A DNA stretch of 63,197 bases, the filler included, from Octopus bimaculoides (taxonomy: Eukaryota): the NCBI RefSeq assembly GCF_001194135.2. It is 11 parts of 8 records of this genome, joined end to end, with 100 filler letters (N's around TTAATTAATTAA, not from the genome) between each part and the next. Parts side by side here need not be neighbours in the genome. Positions count along the whole stretch, not along the records: positions 35,826 to 53,346 come from NC_068988.1; positions 53,447 to 56,715 come from NC_069001.1; positions 56,816 to 59,066 come from NC_068981.1; positions 59,167 to 60,252 come from NW_026349539.1; positions 60,353 to 61,466 come from NW_026355844.1; positions 61,567 to 63,197 come from NC_068989.1; 5 more parts are not named here. One strand, written 5' to 3'. Shown piece after piece: positions 49,343-61,604 of this stretch. The notes below the pieces were generated by a model that saw only the letters and a list, made by a program, of their open reading frames with translations, did no database searches and was not told the DNA's origin. The position numbers and the translations under genes were made by a program. The stretch's first letter is position 1. Each line of letters begins with the position of its first letter.

Positions 49343-51384
49343 GCATACACGTACATACACTCATACACACACACACACACATNNNNNNNNNNNNNNNNNN
49401 NNNNNNNNNNNNNNNNNNNNNNNNNNNNNNNNNNNNNNNNNNNNNNNNNNNNNNNNNNNNNNNNNNNNNNNNNNNNNNNNNNNNNNNNNNNNNNNNNNNN
49501 NNNNNNNNNNNNNNNNNNNNNNNNNNNNNNNNNNNNNNNNNNNNNNNNNNNNNNNNNNNNNNNNNNNNNNNNNNNNNNNNNNNNNNNNNNNNNNNNNNNN
49601 NNNNNNNNNNNNNNNNNNNNNNNNNNNNNNNNNNNNNNNNNNNNNNNNNNNNNNNNNNNNNNNNNNNNNNNNNNNNNNNNNNNNNNNNNNNNNNNNNNNN
49701 NNNNNNNNNNNNNNNNNNNNNNNNNNNNNNNNNNNNNNNNNNNNNNNNNNNNNNNNNNNNNNNNNNNNNNNNNNNNNNNNNNNNNNNNNNNNNNNNNNNN
49801 NNNNNNNNNNNNNNNNNNNNNNNNNNNNNNNNNNNNNNNNNNNNNNNNNNNNNNNNNNNNNNNNNNNNNNNNNNNNNNNNNNNNNNNNNNNNNNNNNNNN
49901 NNNNNNNNNNNNNNNNNNNNNNNNNNNNNNNNNNNNNNNNNNNNNNNNNNNNNNNNNNNNNNNNNNNNNNNNNNNNNNNNNNNNNNNNNNNNNNNNNNNN
50001 NNNNNNNNNNNNNNNNNNTATATATTGATGGATGTATTTGTCGAGCTAAGTATATAAATATATTGTTATACTCAAATATACGCATATACACTAATATATA
50101 TACGCATATACATGTACATATATCTATGTATATGTCTATATGAAAATGTATGTTAGTATGACGACTTGTGTTTTGTATGTGTGCATATATAATGTATTAT
50201 ATAATGGAAAATTGTGTGTTTCTCTGTCGTAAATGTCTATTCGCATCAAAGAAAAAAAGGTAAATGATATATCAATAAAATTATACTGAAAGGGAAAAAA
50301 AGGAAAACATCAACAGATTAGTTCAGTGATGTAGAAATTTTTATCTATCTATTCACTTTTATTAATGGAGCGTTAGACTAAATATGGGAGAATAATCGCC
50401 TTTTCTGAAACAAATATATTAGTAAACATTACTCACAAGGGAAGTGGAATTTGACTGAAGGTGTTTGTTACAATCGTCAAAAACAATGCTATCATCACCT
50501 TTGTCAATTCTGTCTTGACCTTCGGAATTATTCATACTATGAATAGTATTAGTAATGTTAACGTTAACATATCTATTATTATTAATTTATAGATAATAGT
50601 TTTATGAATAATGATGAGACACACTATCTCACACTTCGAGAAATGGTTTTGGAATCGATTAACTAGACAGCAGAAAACAAAATTCTTATATTTATTTAGT
50701 CAACCAAACAGTGTTTGGAACTTTCAATCTCATCAAATTTTATCCGACCTTGGGCCAGTATTGCCATACCACTAAACACTGCTAATACTTTTCGTATACC
50801 ATCGTGATAAATCGAGGAACCATGGCGAGTGGAAGGATTATAGTTCAGCAGATGACACGGGATCACATTTGTGTATAATCCTGGTGATTTATATCATCAC
50901 CGTCATAATGATGTTCATCATCAGTCTAATCATCTATATATTAACCGCCATCATTGAGTTTCTCTCCACTTGCGCAACCTTCTTCCGCACATTCTCCTCT
51001 TTTATTTTACTTTTTTCCAAGAAGTTTATCTGTTAACATAAGATATGTCATGTACACTAGTCTTGCATATCCGTGACAAGATCATAAATTCAGTAAATCT
51101 AATATTGCATCTGGATAGATTATCAGTCAGTTGTCAAATATGTCTCATACAAAGCTCTTCCGACATGTTAAGCCTATGTAGATTAACTTTTATGATACGA
51201 AATAATGGCCACCTCTAAATTTCGAATTCTTGAAACATGTTCAATACAATTTCGTTTTTCTAGAATGGTAACAAAATTGAAAGGCCGGCCACTCGAAGTA
51301 TATGCGAACACACACACACGCACACACATACATACACACACACACACGCATAGGTATAGGAATATATCCTTTTATCTTTTTCTT

Positions 51385-51580
51385 GTTACAATCATGAGAC
51401 TGCGGACATGATGGACCACAGTCCTGAAGGTTTTTAATTGAGGAAATCGACAACCAAGACTTATTCTTTAGACCCTGACTCTTCTTCTATCAATCTAGTT
51501 TGCCGAACCTCTACTTTATGTGGAGGTAATCACACCAATCCCGGTTATCAAATCGTGAAGGGGACAAACACAGGCACAAA

Positions 51581-51620
<40 letters not shown>

Positions 51621-51703
51621 GACGCACACACACACACACACATACACACAAGGCGGGTTCTTTCTAGTTTTCCTCTGTTAAATCCGTTCACGCTCTCTTG
51701 GTT
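51385..51703 (-). mobile_element. Diverged family A SINE
   Basis: Reverse-complement 3' half plus (CA)n plus AAGGCGGGTTCTTTCTAGTTTTCC. Confidence 0.6.
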
Positions 51704-52345
51704 NNNNNNNNNNNNNNNNNNNNNNNNNNNNNNNNNNNNNNNNNNNNNNNNNNNNNNNNNNNNNNNNNNNNNNNNNNNNNNNNNNNNNNNNNNNNNNNNN
51801 NNNNNNNNNNNNNNNNNNNNNNNNNNNNNNNNNNNNNNNNNNNNNNNNNNNNNNNNNNNNNNNNNNNNNNNNNNNNNNNNNNNNNNNNNNNNNNNNNNNN
51901 NNNNNNNNNNNNNNNNNNNNNNNNNNNNNNNNNNNNNNNNNNNNNNNNNNNNNNNNNNNNNNNNNNNNNNNNNNNNNNNNNNNNNNNNNNNNNNNNNNNN
52001 NNNNNNNNNNNNNNNNNNNNNNNNNNNNNNNNNNNNNNNNNNNNNNNNNNNNNNNNNNNNNNNNNNNNNNNNNNNNNNNNNNNNNNNNNNNNNNNNNNNN
52101 NNNNNNNNNNNNNNNNNNNNNNNNNNNNNNNNNNNNNNNNNNNNNNNNNNNNNNNNNNNNNNNNNNNNNNNNNNNNNNNNNNNNNNNNNNNNNNNNNNNN
52201 NNNNNNNNNNNNNNNNNNNNNNNNNNNNNNNNNNNNNNNNNNNNNNNNNNNNNNNNNNNNNNNNNNNNNNNNNNNNNNNNNNNNNNNNNNNNNNNNNNNN
52301 NNNNNNNNNNNNNNNNNNNNNNNNNNNNNNNNNGTGTTTGTGTGA

Positions 52346-53050
52346 ATGAAAGGAGGTTTGAAAATGCAATTTAAAAATTTTTAAGATGTTTATTCATTTG
52401 ACCGGTTTCACTTTTTAGAAAAAAATTGGCAAAAGTAAAATACAAAGCTTTGTATGCGGTCTTTTGTGTTAAGTATTGGCTATCACAAAAGTATTAAAAT
52501 ACATATATACATACTTTGATAGCAATAAGAAAATGTTAAAAGCAGTGTACAAGAAAATATCTAAGAAAGTAATTAGAACGGGACTCCAAAAAGCATTCTG
52601 AGTTCAAGATAAATAATGTTTGTTTGGTAGTATATGCATACACAGAAAGGGGATCTGTCTTTCTGGCATTTTGGCACATAAAACAAAAATGCCAGAAAAA
52701 CAGGTCAGTTATTCCTCTACAATTTTTTGTAAGTTCTTAAATATATCTTCTTCTGTGTATATATATATATATAATACAAAACAAATAGGATTTTTCTTGA
52801 ACTCAAAATGCTTTTTGGTGTCCCGTTCTGATTACTTTCTTAAATACTTTCTTGTAAACTGTTTTTAACATTTTCTTATTATCAAAGAATGTATATATGT
52901 ATTTTTTTATACTTTTGTGATAACTAGTGCTTAAGACAACACACCTCATACAAAGCTTTACATTCGACTGTTGACAATCTTTTCCTAAAAAAGTGAAACC
53001 GGTCAAGTGAATACACATCTTTAAAATTGCATTTTCTAACCTTTTTTCAT
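52346..53050. mobile_element. Head-to-head inverted ~260-bp arms with hammerhead remnants and an internal hairpin; PLE pLTR-like palindrome
   Basis: 52346-52609 is the diverged reverse complement of 52795-53050. GACCGGTTTC at 52400-52409; CTGTTGA at 52968-74 and GAAACCGGTC at 52995-53004. Confidence 0.8.
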
Positions 53051-53447
53051 ATTATATATATATAATATTAAAGAATATATAATTCTAAATGTACATGAAT
53101 ATTCAATTAGTAATACTAAATAAAATTTCACAATATAGTTTTATTCTAGACCTTTATCTGTTTTAATAAAGCCAGGAAACGCGCGTAATCCACTTACTAC
53201 TATTTACTTTTTATGCTTTATTGAATTCTTAGATTAGTATGTTTATAGTGTATTTTTTTTCTGGATGGTGTCATGGGATCTTTCGTTGTTTGAATTGCAT
53301 AATGGTGACCCTTCTCTAAAATATATATGTATATATATATATATATNNNNNNNNNNNNNNNNNNNNNNNNNNNNNNNNNNNNNNNNNNNNTTAATTAATT
53401 AANNNNNNNNNNNNNNNNNNNNNNNNNNNNNNNNNNNNNNNNNNNNA

Positions 53448-53622
53448 AGAATGAGAAGAAGAAGAATGAGAAGAAGAAGAAGAAGAAGAAGAAGAAGAAG
53501 AAGAAGAAGAAGAAGAAGAATGAGAAGAAGAAGAAGAAGAAGAAGAAGAAGAAGAAGAAGAAGAAGAAGAAGAAGAAGAAGAAGAAGAAGAAGAAGAAGA
53601 AGAACAACAACAACAACAACAA
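53448..53622. repeat. (GAA)n(CAA)n microsatellite
   Basis: Directly visible. Confidence 0.95.
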
Positions 53623-53813
53623 CGAATGCTGGATGATGGAACCACTACGAGGTCACTCGCTGCACTAGAAAGTGCTAAAATAATGTACCCCACCCCTAGA
53701 TCCATCATGTCTGAATAAATGAAAATAAAAAGCGGGATGGTCACAGTTGGAACGTCTTTAGTTGTAGGGGGTTGTTAGACCAGAGCCGACTGGGGGAAAA
53801 ACAACAACAAAAG

Positions 53814-53846
<33 letters not shown>

Positions 53847-54029
53847 GAGTATAATCGGTGAGTGGTTAAGAAGTTCGGTTCTGCATCCCGGTGTCTCCCG
53901 GTTTGAACCCATTCTGGGACATCTTGAAGTGCCTTCCGACATCGCCTCGTGTTGCGTTGGCCAATGATTTAATAGGACAGCAACTGTGTAGAAGCCTCTA
54001 CGTATGAACGTATGTAAATATATATATAC

Positions 54030-54132
<103 letters not shown>

Positions 54133-54610
54133 TGCGTATGTATGTTTGCATGTTTATGTATGTATGTATGTGTGTATGTATCTGTGTGTGTGCATGTGCG
54201 TGCGTATGTATGTACCTTTCTGTTTTTCGTTATCTAAATTCTTCCTTTGATGTAGGAGCTGACTTCTCACAAAGATGCAAAGACCCATCGCTGGAATGTT
54301 GCTAACGAAAACAACGTCACATTTTAGACCTGAGAAAAGTCTTACAGAGTTTTACTGTTCCGCTTACAAACTGTATTTGTGACGTACGAATCGGTTGATT
54401 TGTTTTTCTGAAAATCCAAGCTTATCCAGACTGACAGTTAAGCATTTGCTTAGAAAACCTTTGATGTAAATGTAAATTTATAATCCGGATAGAGAAGCTG
54501 GAAGTTTTGGAGCATAGTTGTCCATAGTAACCTCTTTGGTTTTCGAAGAGACATTCACATCAGCAGGTCAGCTGACCTCTTTGACGGTCCATACTTCTGT
54601 ACGTGTATCG

Positions 54611-54755
54611 TTATTCAGTCTTATCTCAATATTTCTCGCCAATAGAGAAAGAGCTGGTTTCTAACCCAGATCCAAGCTTCCTTCATTTGAATTTCAACAT
54701 CAGCAACAAACTATTTTTGTATGTATGTATGTGTGTATGTATGTATGTATGTATG
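54611..54755 (-). mobile_element. Tail-only copy of CATA family 1 LINE 3' UTR
   Basis: TTATTCAGTCTTATCTCAATATTTCTCGCCAATAGAGAAAGAGCTGGTTTCTAACC...ATTTTTG(TATG)n. Confidence 0.8.
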
Positions 54756-55494
54756 CACGTGTGTGTGTGACTCCAAGACAAAGCAGGCCTAATATGTGAT
54801 TTGATGGAAATTTGGTTATTATTTCTAGCGTGTCGGGTAACTACGGAGTGGGTCGATGATGTAATTTTGACAGAAATGCTTGCTTTCCCTTCGACACACA
54901 GACTTATTGGGGGTGTTCCATCGACATATTTTCGAAGAATCTTATTAAACCCCATAAATACACTCACTGGCTAATGTTTGTCTAGTTTCATTTATTTTGT
55001 TCTTCATTCTCTCCGACCAAATTTTCGTCAACGTTGTTAAAAACAAACAAACAAACAAACAGACAAACGAAAAGGAAGAAAAAAATGGGAGAAAAAAAGA
55101 AAAAGAATAAATACCGACACCGAATGACTGGTGAGTGCGTTTCTAAGTTTTAATAATGTTTTTTTTTTCCTTTCCAAAATATAACAATATTGGTTTCCAC
55201 GCACAATTCCAGTCAAAATTCTTGCAAAACAAATTAAAAAAACAAAAACGAAAGAATTTTATTGATTACAAGATTAATGGTTGTACGACCCAGCACCAAC
55301 AACAAGGAACCGACATTAAATATCAACTATTTCTGGCCTAAATTATTTTAAAGAATCTAGCGAAATAAACCTTTTTACGTGAAAAGAAACTTCGAGATGA
55401 ACGTGAAATAATTTTTTTTTGGAATATTGAAACTCGAAGCAAATAAAAAGAGTAAATATTGATTTAAAACCTCTTTAGATTAAATGGGTCGAAA

Positions 55495-55560
55495 GGTTGC
55501 TGTGGGACGCGAACCCATATCGTCTGGAAGCATGATAGACGTTCTACCTTTAGACCAAAG
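55495..55560 (-). mobile_element. tRNA-like SINE head (family D) or decayed tRNA
   Basis: Minus strand CTTTGGTCTAAAGGTAGAACG (A-box) and GGGTTCGCGTCCC (B-box). No convincing cloverleaf. Confidence 0.5.
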
Positions 55561-55669
55561 TATTTGTTCGAATTTCTCTCTCTATACTAGAAATTTTATT
55601 CTTACCAGCAAGAATTGCACTTTGACCTCATAATAACTTAAAAGTGAACGTGACGGGCAGCTTTCCACT

Positions 55670-55790
55670 TTTTCTATCCGAAGGTCGATAAATTAAGTAC
55701 CAGTTGAGCACCGGGAATCGCTGTAATCGACTTTGCCCCACCTCCGAAATTGCTGGCCTTGCGCCAAACTTCGACACCATTATGGCAAAC
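55670..55790 (+). mobile_element. Nin/Deu-like SINE 3' part (family B)
   Basis: CCGAAGGTCGATAAATTAAGTACCAGTTGAGCAC..GTAATCGAC..GAAATTGCTGGCCTTG. Confidence 0.65.
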
Positions 55791-56524
55791 ATTAATTTAT
55801 TCACATTTCCTATTTGTGTTATCCTCAAACTCTGTATTCCATTATACATTTCCTTGGTTTCGTTACATCCAGCTATTAAACAATTAGCGTTATTAATTAA
55901 TTGATGTTGAAGATATCTCTTATTTTCTTACATTGTTATTTGTGTAAACTTAACGACTTCATCAAACGAAACCTTGTGACCCGATATCTTTCTCGACCAC
56001 AATTACATCAAACGCCAAAGGTTTATATTCCATCCGGGTGTCTGACATCGGAGCGACCAAGGTCAAGAGGTTCCACGTGAGACGATAAACCGGTGGCGTG
56101 GAGGTCCCGTTAAATAACATCGTTTATTGCAGCTTGGCAAGAGGAAATGACCTACGATGACCAGAGAGCAAGGGCGACCTTGAACTCGTCCTTTGTAGAT
56201 TTACAATTATATGCTTAAAAGAAATGAGATCTCATTAATAGAAAAGCATTATACCTACCATAACATATCTTAGCTTTAACATATTGTTTCGTTTACTTTA
56301 ACGAGGGACCCAGTCTCCAGACACAGTCTTGGTCTGCTCAGAGAATAGATTCCGTTTCCCCCTCTATTTATACTCCTCTCTCTCACTCTATTACTCTCTC
56401 TCCATCTCTCACTCCGATTCTTTCTGTTGCAGTGTACGTTCAGCATCCCTCTTCTCTGTCTGTCTCTGTCTGTTTCTCTTTATATATATGGGCAAGTGTT
56501 ATCCTATGTATACATGTTCATATA

Positions 56525-56679
56525 CATGGCTGTGTGGTAAGGAACTTGCTTCTCAACCACATGACTCTGGGTTCAGTCCCGCTGCGTGGCACCTTCGGCA
56601 AGTGTCTTCTCTACTATAGCCTCGAGCCGACCAAAGCCTTGTGAGTGGATTTCGTAGACGGAAACTGAAAGAAGCCCGT

Positions 56680-56682
<3 letters not shown>
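56525..56682 (+). mobile_element. Family A SINE 5' half
   Basis: GGCTGTGTGGTAAG...GGTTCAGTCCCGCTGCGTGGCACCTTCGGCAAGTGTCTT. Confidence 0.85.
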
Positions 56683-56715
<33 letters not shown>

Positions 56716-56814
56716 NNNNNNNNNNNNNNNNNNNNNNNNNNNNNNNNNNNNNNNNNNNNTTAATTAATTAANNNNNNNNNNNNNNNNNNNNNNNNNNNNN
56801 NNNNNNNNNNNNNN

Positions 56815-57052
56815 NCGGGTGGCACATAAAAGACACCATTTCGAGCGTGGCCGTTTTCGTGCGGGTGACACGTAAAAGCACCCACTACACTCTCTGAGTG
56901 GTTGGTGTTAGGAAGGGCATCCAGCTGTAGAAACTCTTCCAAATTAGATTGGAGCCTGGTGTTGCCATCCGGTTTCACCAGTCCTCAGTCAAATCGTCCA
57001 ACCCATGCTCGCATGGAAAGCGGACGTTAAACGATGATGATGATGATGATGA
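56815..57052 (+). mobile_element. Family C SINE-like repeat
   Basis: Near-identical to 9980-10236. Confidence 0.85.
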
Positions 57053-57826
57053 TAGTTATATACTTTTCATTTATTTGGTTTTTTCTTTCCTTTACCCCCT
57101 CCTCGTTCTATAGAACCTTTGACATTATATCCTCTAATGTTTTTTGGAAACAAACTTAATAGTCTTCAGTTAATCCCTATACACATCCATCATTTTCTGT
57201 TAAAATGTCTTATTGACAAGTTTCATTTTTTCATTTCCCTGAAGAGAAGATTACATTGTTTTACACCATTTTATTCCTTTGGAATAGTACCAGTGGTATC
57301 TGTAAAACATGTGCTGGAAGTAAAAGAATTTGAATAACACCTGTGTTTAACTCCATTTATTTATTTATATATATTATACAGAATATTTCACGTAAACCTG
57401 GAGTTTCTACCTTTATAAACAAGGAGTTACAATCTTTTTACTTGTGTGATTTTTTGATACCCTGGTAACTATTTATCTATTTTTTCCGTGTTAAATGTTA
57501 ACAAGAGAAAAATACACACATCTATTTATATATGTATATATATACATATATATATATATGTATTTATATATTAGAAAAAATAAGGTACTCAGAGATCTGG
57601 ATGGTTGTACATTTACAGATTTTTATTAATGTCACATGTTTTCATAAATCATATATTAGCACTTGCATCTAATCTAGTAGACTCTTCAGATTAAAATTTT
57701 TTGAGGGGATTCATCTCTTTTTATAATATTATTGAGTGTGTAGGGGTGGAGAGAAATATATAGGATAGTAAAAGAGAGTGAGGAATGGGGAGAAAGTGAG
57801 AGTATGTGTGTTTTTGTGTGTTTTTT

Positions 57827-57829
<3 letters not shown>

Positions 57830-57861
<32 letters not shown>

Positions 57862-58100
57862 ATCTGAAAGGTGTGTCAATGGAAAAGAGAAGGAGAGAAA
57901 GAAGAAGAAATGTGTTTACATATATACAGCTGGTCAGTTCTTTCAATAGAAGATGACAAGTTGATTCTTGGCCTTTACAAATGGTAAAACCAGGTGGCTA
58001 CTCTAAGCGGTCTTGTTTTGATAAAAGTTATTTTTCAAAAAATTTTTTGTCTGGATTTATTATCATTGTCATCATCATTGTCCAGTGAGAGAGAGTGTAG

Positions 58101-58136
<36 letters not shown>

Positions 58137-58310
58137 CTGTGTATCTGAAAGAAGTGTCAATGGAAAAGAGAAGGAAAGGAAGAAGAATAAATTGTGTTTA
58201 CATCTATACAGCTGGTCAGTTCTTTCAATAGAAGATGGCAAGTTGGTTCATAAGAGTAATTTTTAAAAAAATTGTCTGGGTTTATTATCATTATCAACAT
58301 TGTTCAATAT
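57830..58310. repeat. Diverged local tandem duplication, period ~280 bp
   Basis: (TG)n-TCTGAAA..GTGTCAATGGAAAAGAGAAGG...TATACAGCTGGTCAGTTCTTTCAATAGAAGATG occurs at ~57860-57967 and ~58143-58247. Confidence 0.8.
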
Positions 58311-59000
58311 TTGATTCTCATGCTGGTATGGGTTGGAAAATCTGGATGTCAGAATGTTTCTATTTATGTATATACGCATATGTATAGTACTCTGTGTGTT
58401 TAATACAAATTTACAGTTTACTTTACAAAATTTCAGATACACAGGCACACACACACATGCACACACAAATACACACACATGCACACACATACTCTCTCTC
58501 ACTTTCTCCCCATTCCTCACCCTCTTTTACTATCCTATATATCTCGCTCCACCCCTACACACTTAATTAATGCTATAAAATTTATGTTTGATATATTCTC
58601 TCACCTCTGCCACTATCTGGCTTATACAGGTGCTTACACTAATCAAGTATTACCTCTAAACTTACAGTACCTACGTGAATATATATGTATATAGATATAT
58701 ATATGTATCTACGAATATATATGCATATAGATATCTATATATATATATATATATATATATTATTTTGCTTAAAAGAGTTCCAACACTGTCTGTTTTTTAT
58801 GTTTTATTTATATTCCTGCAGAACTAATGTGGGGTATAGAATATGGAATATACAATATATAATATGATATACAATATACAATATAAAATAAAATAAAATA
58901 AAATAAAATAAAAATGGATGGCACCATGAAAGAAAGTATTGAATGTAGATGAAATATTGAGTGTTCAATATAAAGGATCACTGTTAAAGTCTGTCATACT

Positions 59001-59040
59001 GGCCATGACGAAGGGAAATAGCCCTGAAACTCGAGTCGCC
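59001..59040 (+). ncRNA. Near-canonical minimal type-I hammerhead motif with a 1-nt core insertion
   Basis: GGC-C(a)UGACGA-AGGG aaauag CCCU-GAAAC-UCGA-GUC-GCC. Palindromic ACUCGAGU helix III and GUC cleavage triplet. Confidence 0.55.
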
Positions 59041-60899
59041 TTTATATATATATATTTATATTTATANNNNNNNNNNNNNNNNNNNNNNNNNNNNNNNNNN
59101 NNNNNNNNNNTTAATTAATTAANNNNNNNNNNNNNNNNNNNNNNNNNNNNNNNNNNNNNNNNNNNNACCAAGTTTTCAAATAGAAAATAAAATATAATCA
59201 AATCGATTAAATCGATGAAAAATCAATTCTATTCAAAATATAGTTAATCTTCAGGTCAAAATACATCAATAATACTAGTAAAATGAATGTATATATCAAC
59301 CAACAATAAATAACAAATGAATGTATTTAAAAATACTTCTTATAACAATATAGAAAAATGTTGAACAATATTATTAAAAAGAAAATTATAAACGTGACAT
59401 TCTTAACTTTACGCTTATTATAATATAAACTAACAGAAATATCAAATATTAAATGCAAATCTTATCTTAACAAATCTCTCGCTTAAAATACAATTTAAAC
59501 GAAGTTTTCGCTTAAAATTAAACTAAAATTATAAACGTAATATAAATAACTTTAATTTTAATATAAGCTAACAAAAATTAATTTATGCAAATTAGTTTAT
59601 ATAAAAATAATTATATCACCATTAAATAAAAGAAAAACATTTAACAAACTTATTGAAAATAATTACAAAACTTATCTAATCGAATCTTTAGTTTAAATAA
59701 AATTTCAAATATAGTACTAGTAACTTAACCTGAGTTAGAATATTAACTAATAATCAAAGGAATTATATAAAAAGAACTACTTATTTATCCCATAAATCAA
59801 AAAGAAATAGTAAACAATATTATTGGAAATAAATGCAACACTAAACTAAACTAATTGAAGTTTTATTTTAAACAAAAATGTTAAACTTTATACTATTGAC
59901 TTAGTGTAAAATAATATATCTGCTAACATTAAATATCAATTGAATTAATATAAAAATACATATTTACTCAAGCTATGATAAAAAAAAACATTTAACAATA
60001 TTATTGAAAGTATTACTTATCTCAACGATGCAATAGTTGAAACTAAGATAGACGTTATACTAATGACTAAGCGTATATTAGAAAGAAGTCGTGCGAAGAT
60101 ATTGCGTTAAGAAAAAGAATAGAATAAAGAGATATAAAAACATGAATGAAAATTAAAATTCATATAACTTAAATCATAATAAAAGAATGAACTATATTGT
60201 AAACATTATTAACTTTACGTTTATTAGAATATAAACTAATAGAAATATTAAANNNNNNNNNNNNNNNNNNNNNNNNNNNNNNNNNNNNNNNNNNNNTTAA
60301 TTAATTAANNNNNNNNNNNNNNNNNNNNNNNNNNNNNNNNNNNNNNNNNNNNAACGAAAAGACAGAAAAAGAGAGAGAGAAAAACGGAGAATGAGACAGG
60401 AAGATAGATACAGAGAGAGGGGAGGACTCATAGATACACAGGAAGATTGATAGAAAATTGGCAGAAAGGGAAGGAGAGTAAGTTGAAAAGAAAGTAAACA
60501 GATATAGAAAGCAGAAGAGTGTGTGAGAGAAGAGCAAATAAAAGAGACAGAGGGAAAGACAAAGAGAGAGACAAACAGATAGAAAGATAGATATAATAGG
60601 AAGAGGGGATGACTGATAGAGAGGAGAAAAGTAGGAGTGAGAGTAAGCAAACATAGAAAGCAGAGTGGGAGAGGATAAGTAAGAGTAGAAACATAAAGAA
60701 CTGAGCGAAATGTGAATATGAAGAGGTTCTTGAGTGAATAATGTTAAAAAGATTTTATTATTGTTGTAATTATTAATTTATTATGTTATAAAAACTATAT
60801 GAAAATCAAGGTTTATAATACAATAAATATTTTAACAAAGGACATGCAGTTTTTAATCAATCAAATTTAAGTAAGTTAATAGAAATCAAAAAAATTGCG

Positions 60900-61245
60900 A
60901 AAATACTAGTGAAATATTCCCATCAAAACATGTCAAATGTTAGTATAACAGGCTGGATATTGTTTGGGATAGACGAGGGAAAGTACTGTTGATGTGAATA
61001 CCTCTTTGGAAATCAAAGAGAAAGAAGATAACTATGGACAACTGTGTGAAAACCTCTAGCCTCTATATCCAGATCAGAAATTTACATTTATACCAATAAA
61101 AATTGGATTAATTGGGTTTGTAAGTAAATTCCTATCAGCCTAGAAAGCTTAGATTTCCAGAAAAAGAAATTAACCAGGAGACTCACACATTATAGATTCA
61201 GTCTGTTACTAGAACAGGAAAACTATGCAAGACTTTAGTGATATT
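60900..61245 (+). mobile_element. Highly decayed RLE fragment of CATA-family LINE
   Basis: EIKEKEDNYGQL..L*PLYPDQKFTFIPIKIGLIGFV is homologous to KISEKENTYAELLRNLQLLYPDYKFRFIPVII. Confidence 0.7.
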
Positions 61246-61604
61246 GTTTACAATGTCTCCATTTCAATGCTGGATCTTTGTATCTTTATNNNNNNNNNNT
61301 ATCTGAAACCAGCTCCTACTTCAGAAGAAGAATTTAAATGATTAAAAACGGAAATGATTAAAAATGCATACACGCATGCATGCATCTGTGCATCCGTACC
61401 TAAATACATATATACATACAAACAAATAAAATATAAATACTTATTGGCATGCATGTTGTTATGTATNNNNNNNNNNNNNNNNNNNNNNNNNNNNNNNNNN
61501 NNNNNNNNNNTTAATTAATTAANNNNNNNNNNNNNNNNNNNNNNNNNNNNNNNNNNNNNNNNNNNNACATAGCTGAATTGCATAAAAAGTAAGCAGCACA
61601 AAAG

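Noticed and set aside
55495-55560. Functional tRNA gene
   Set aside because: A/B boxes are present but the acceptor and anticodon stems do not pair, and diverged homologues at 9.1-9.7 kb indicate a SINE head.
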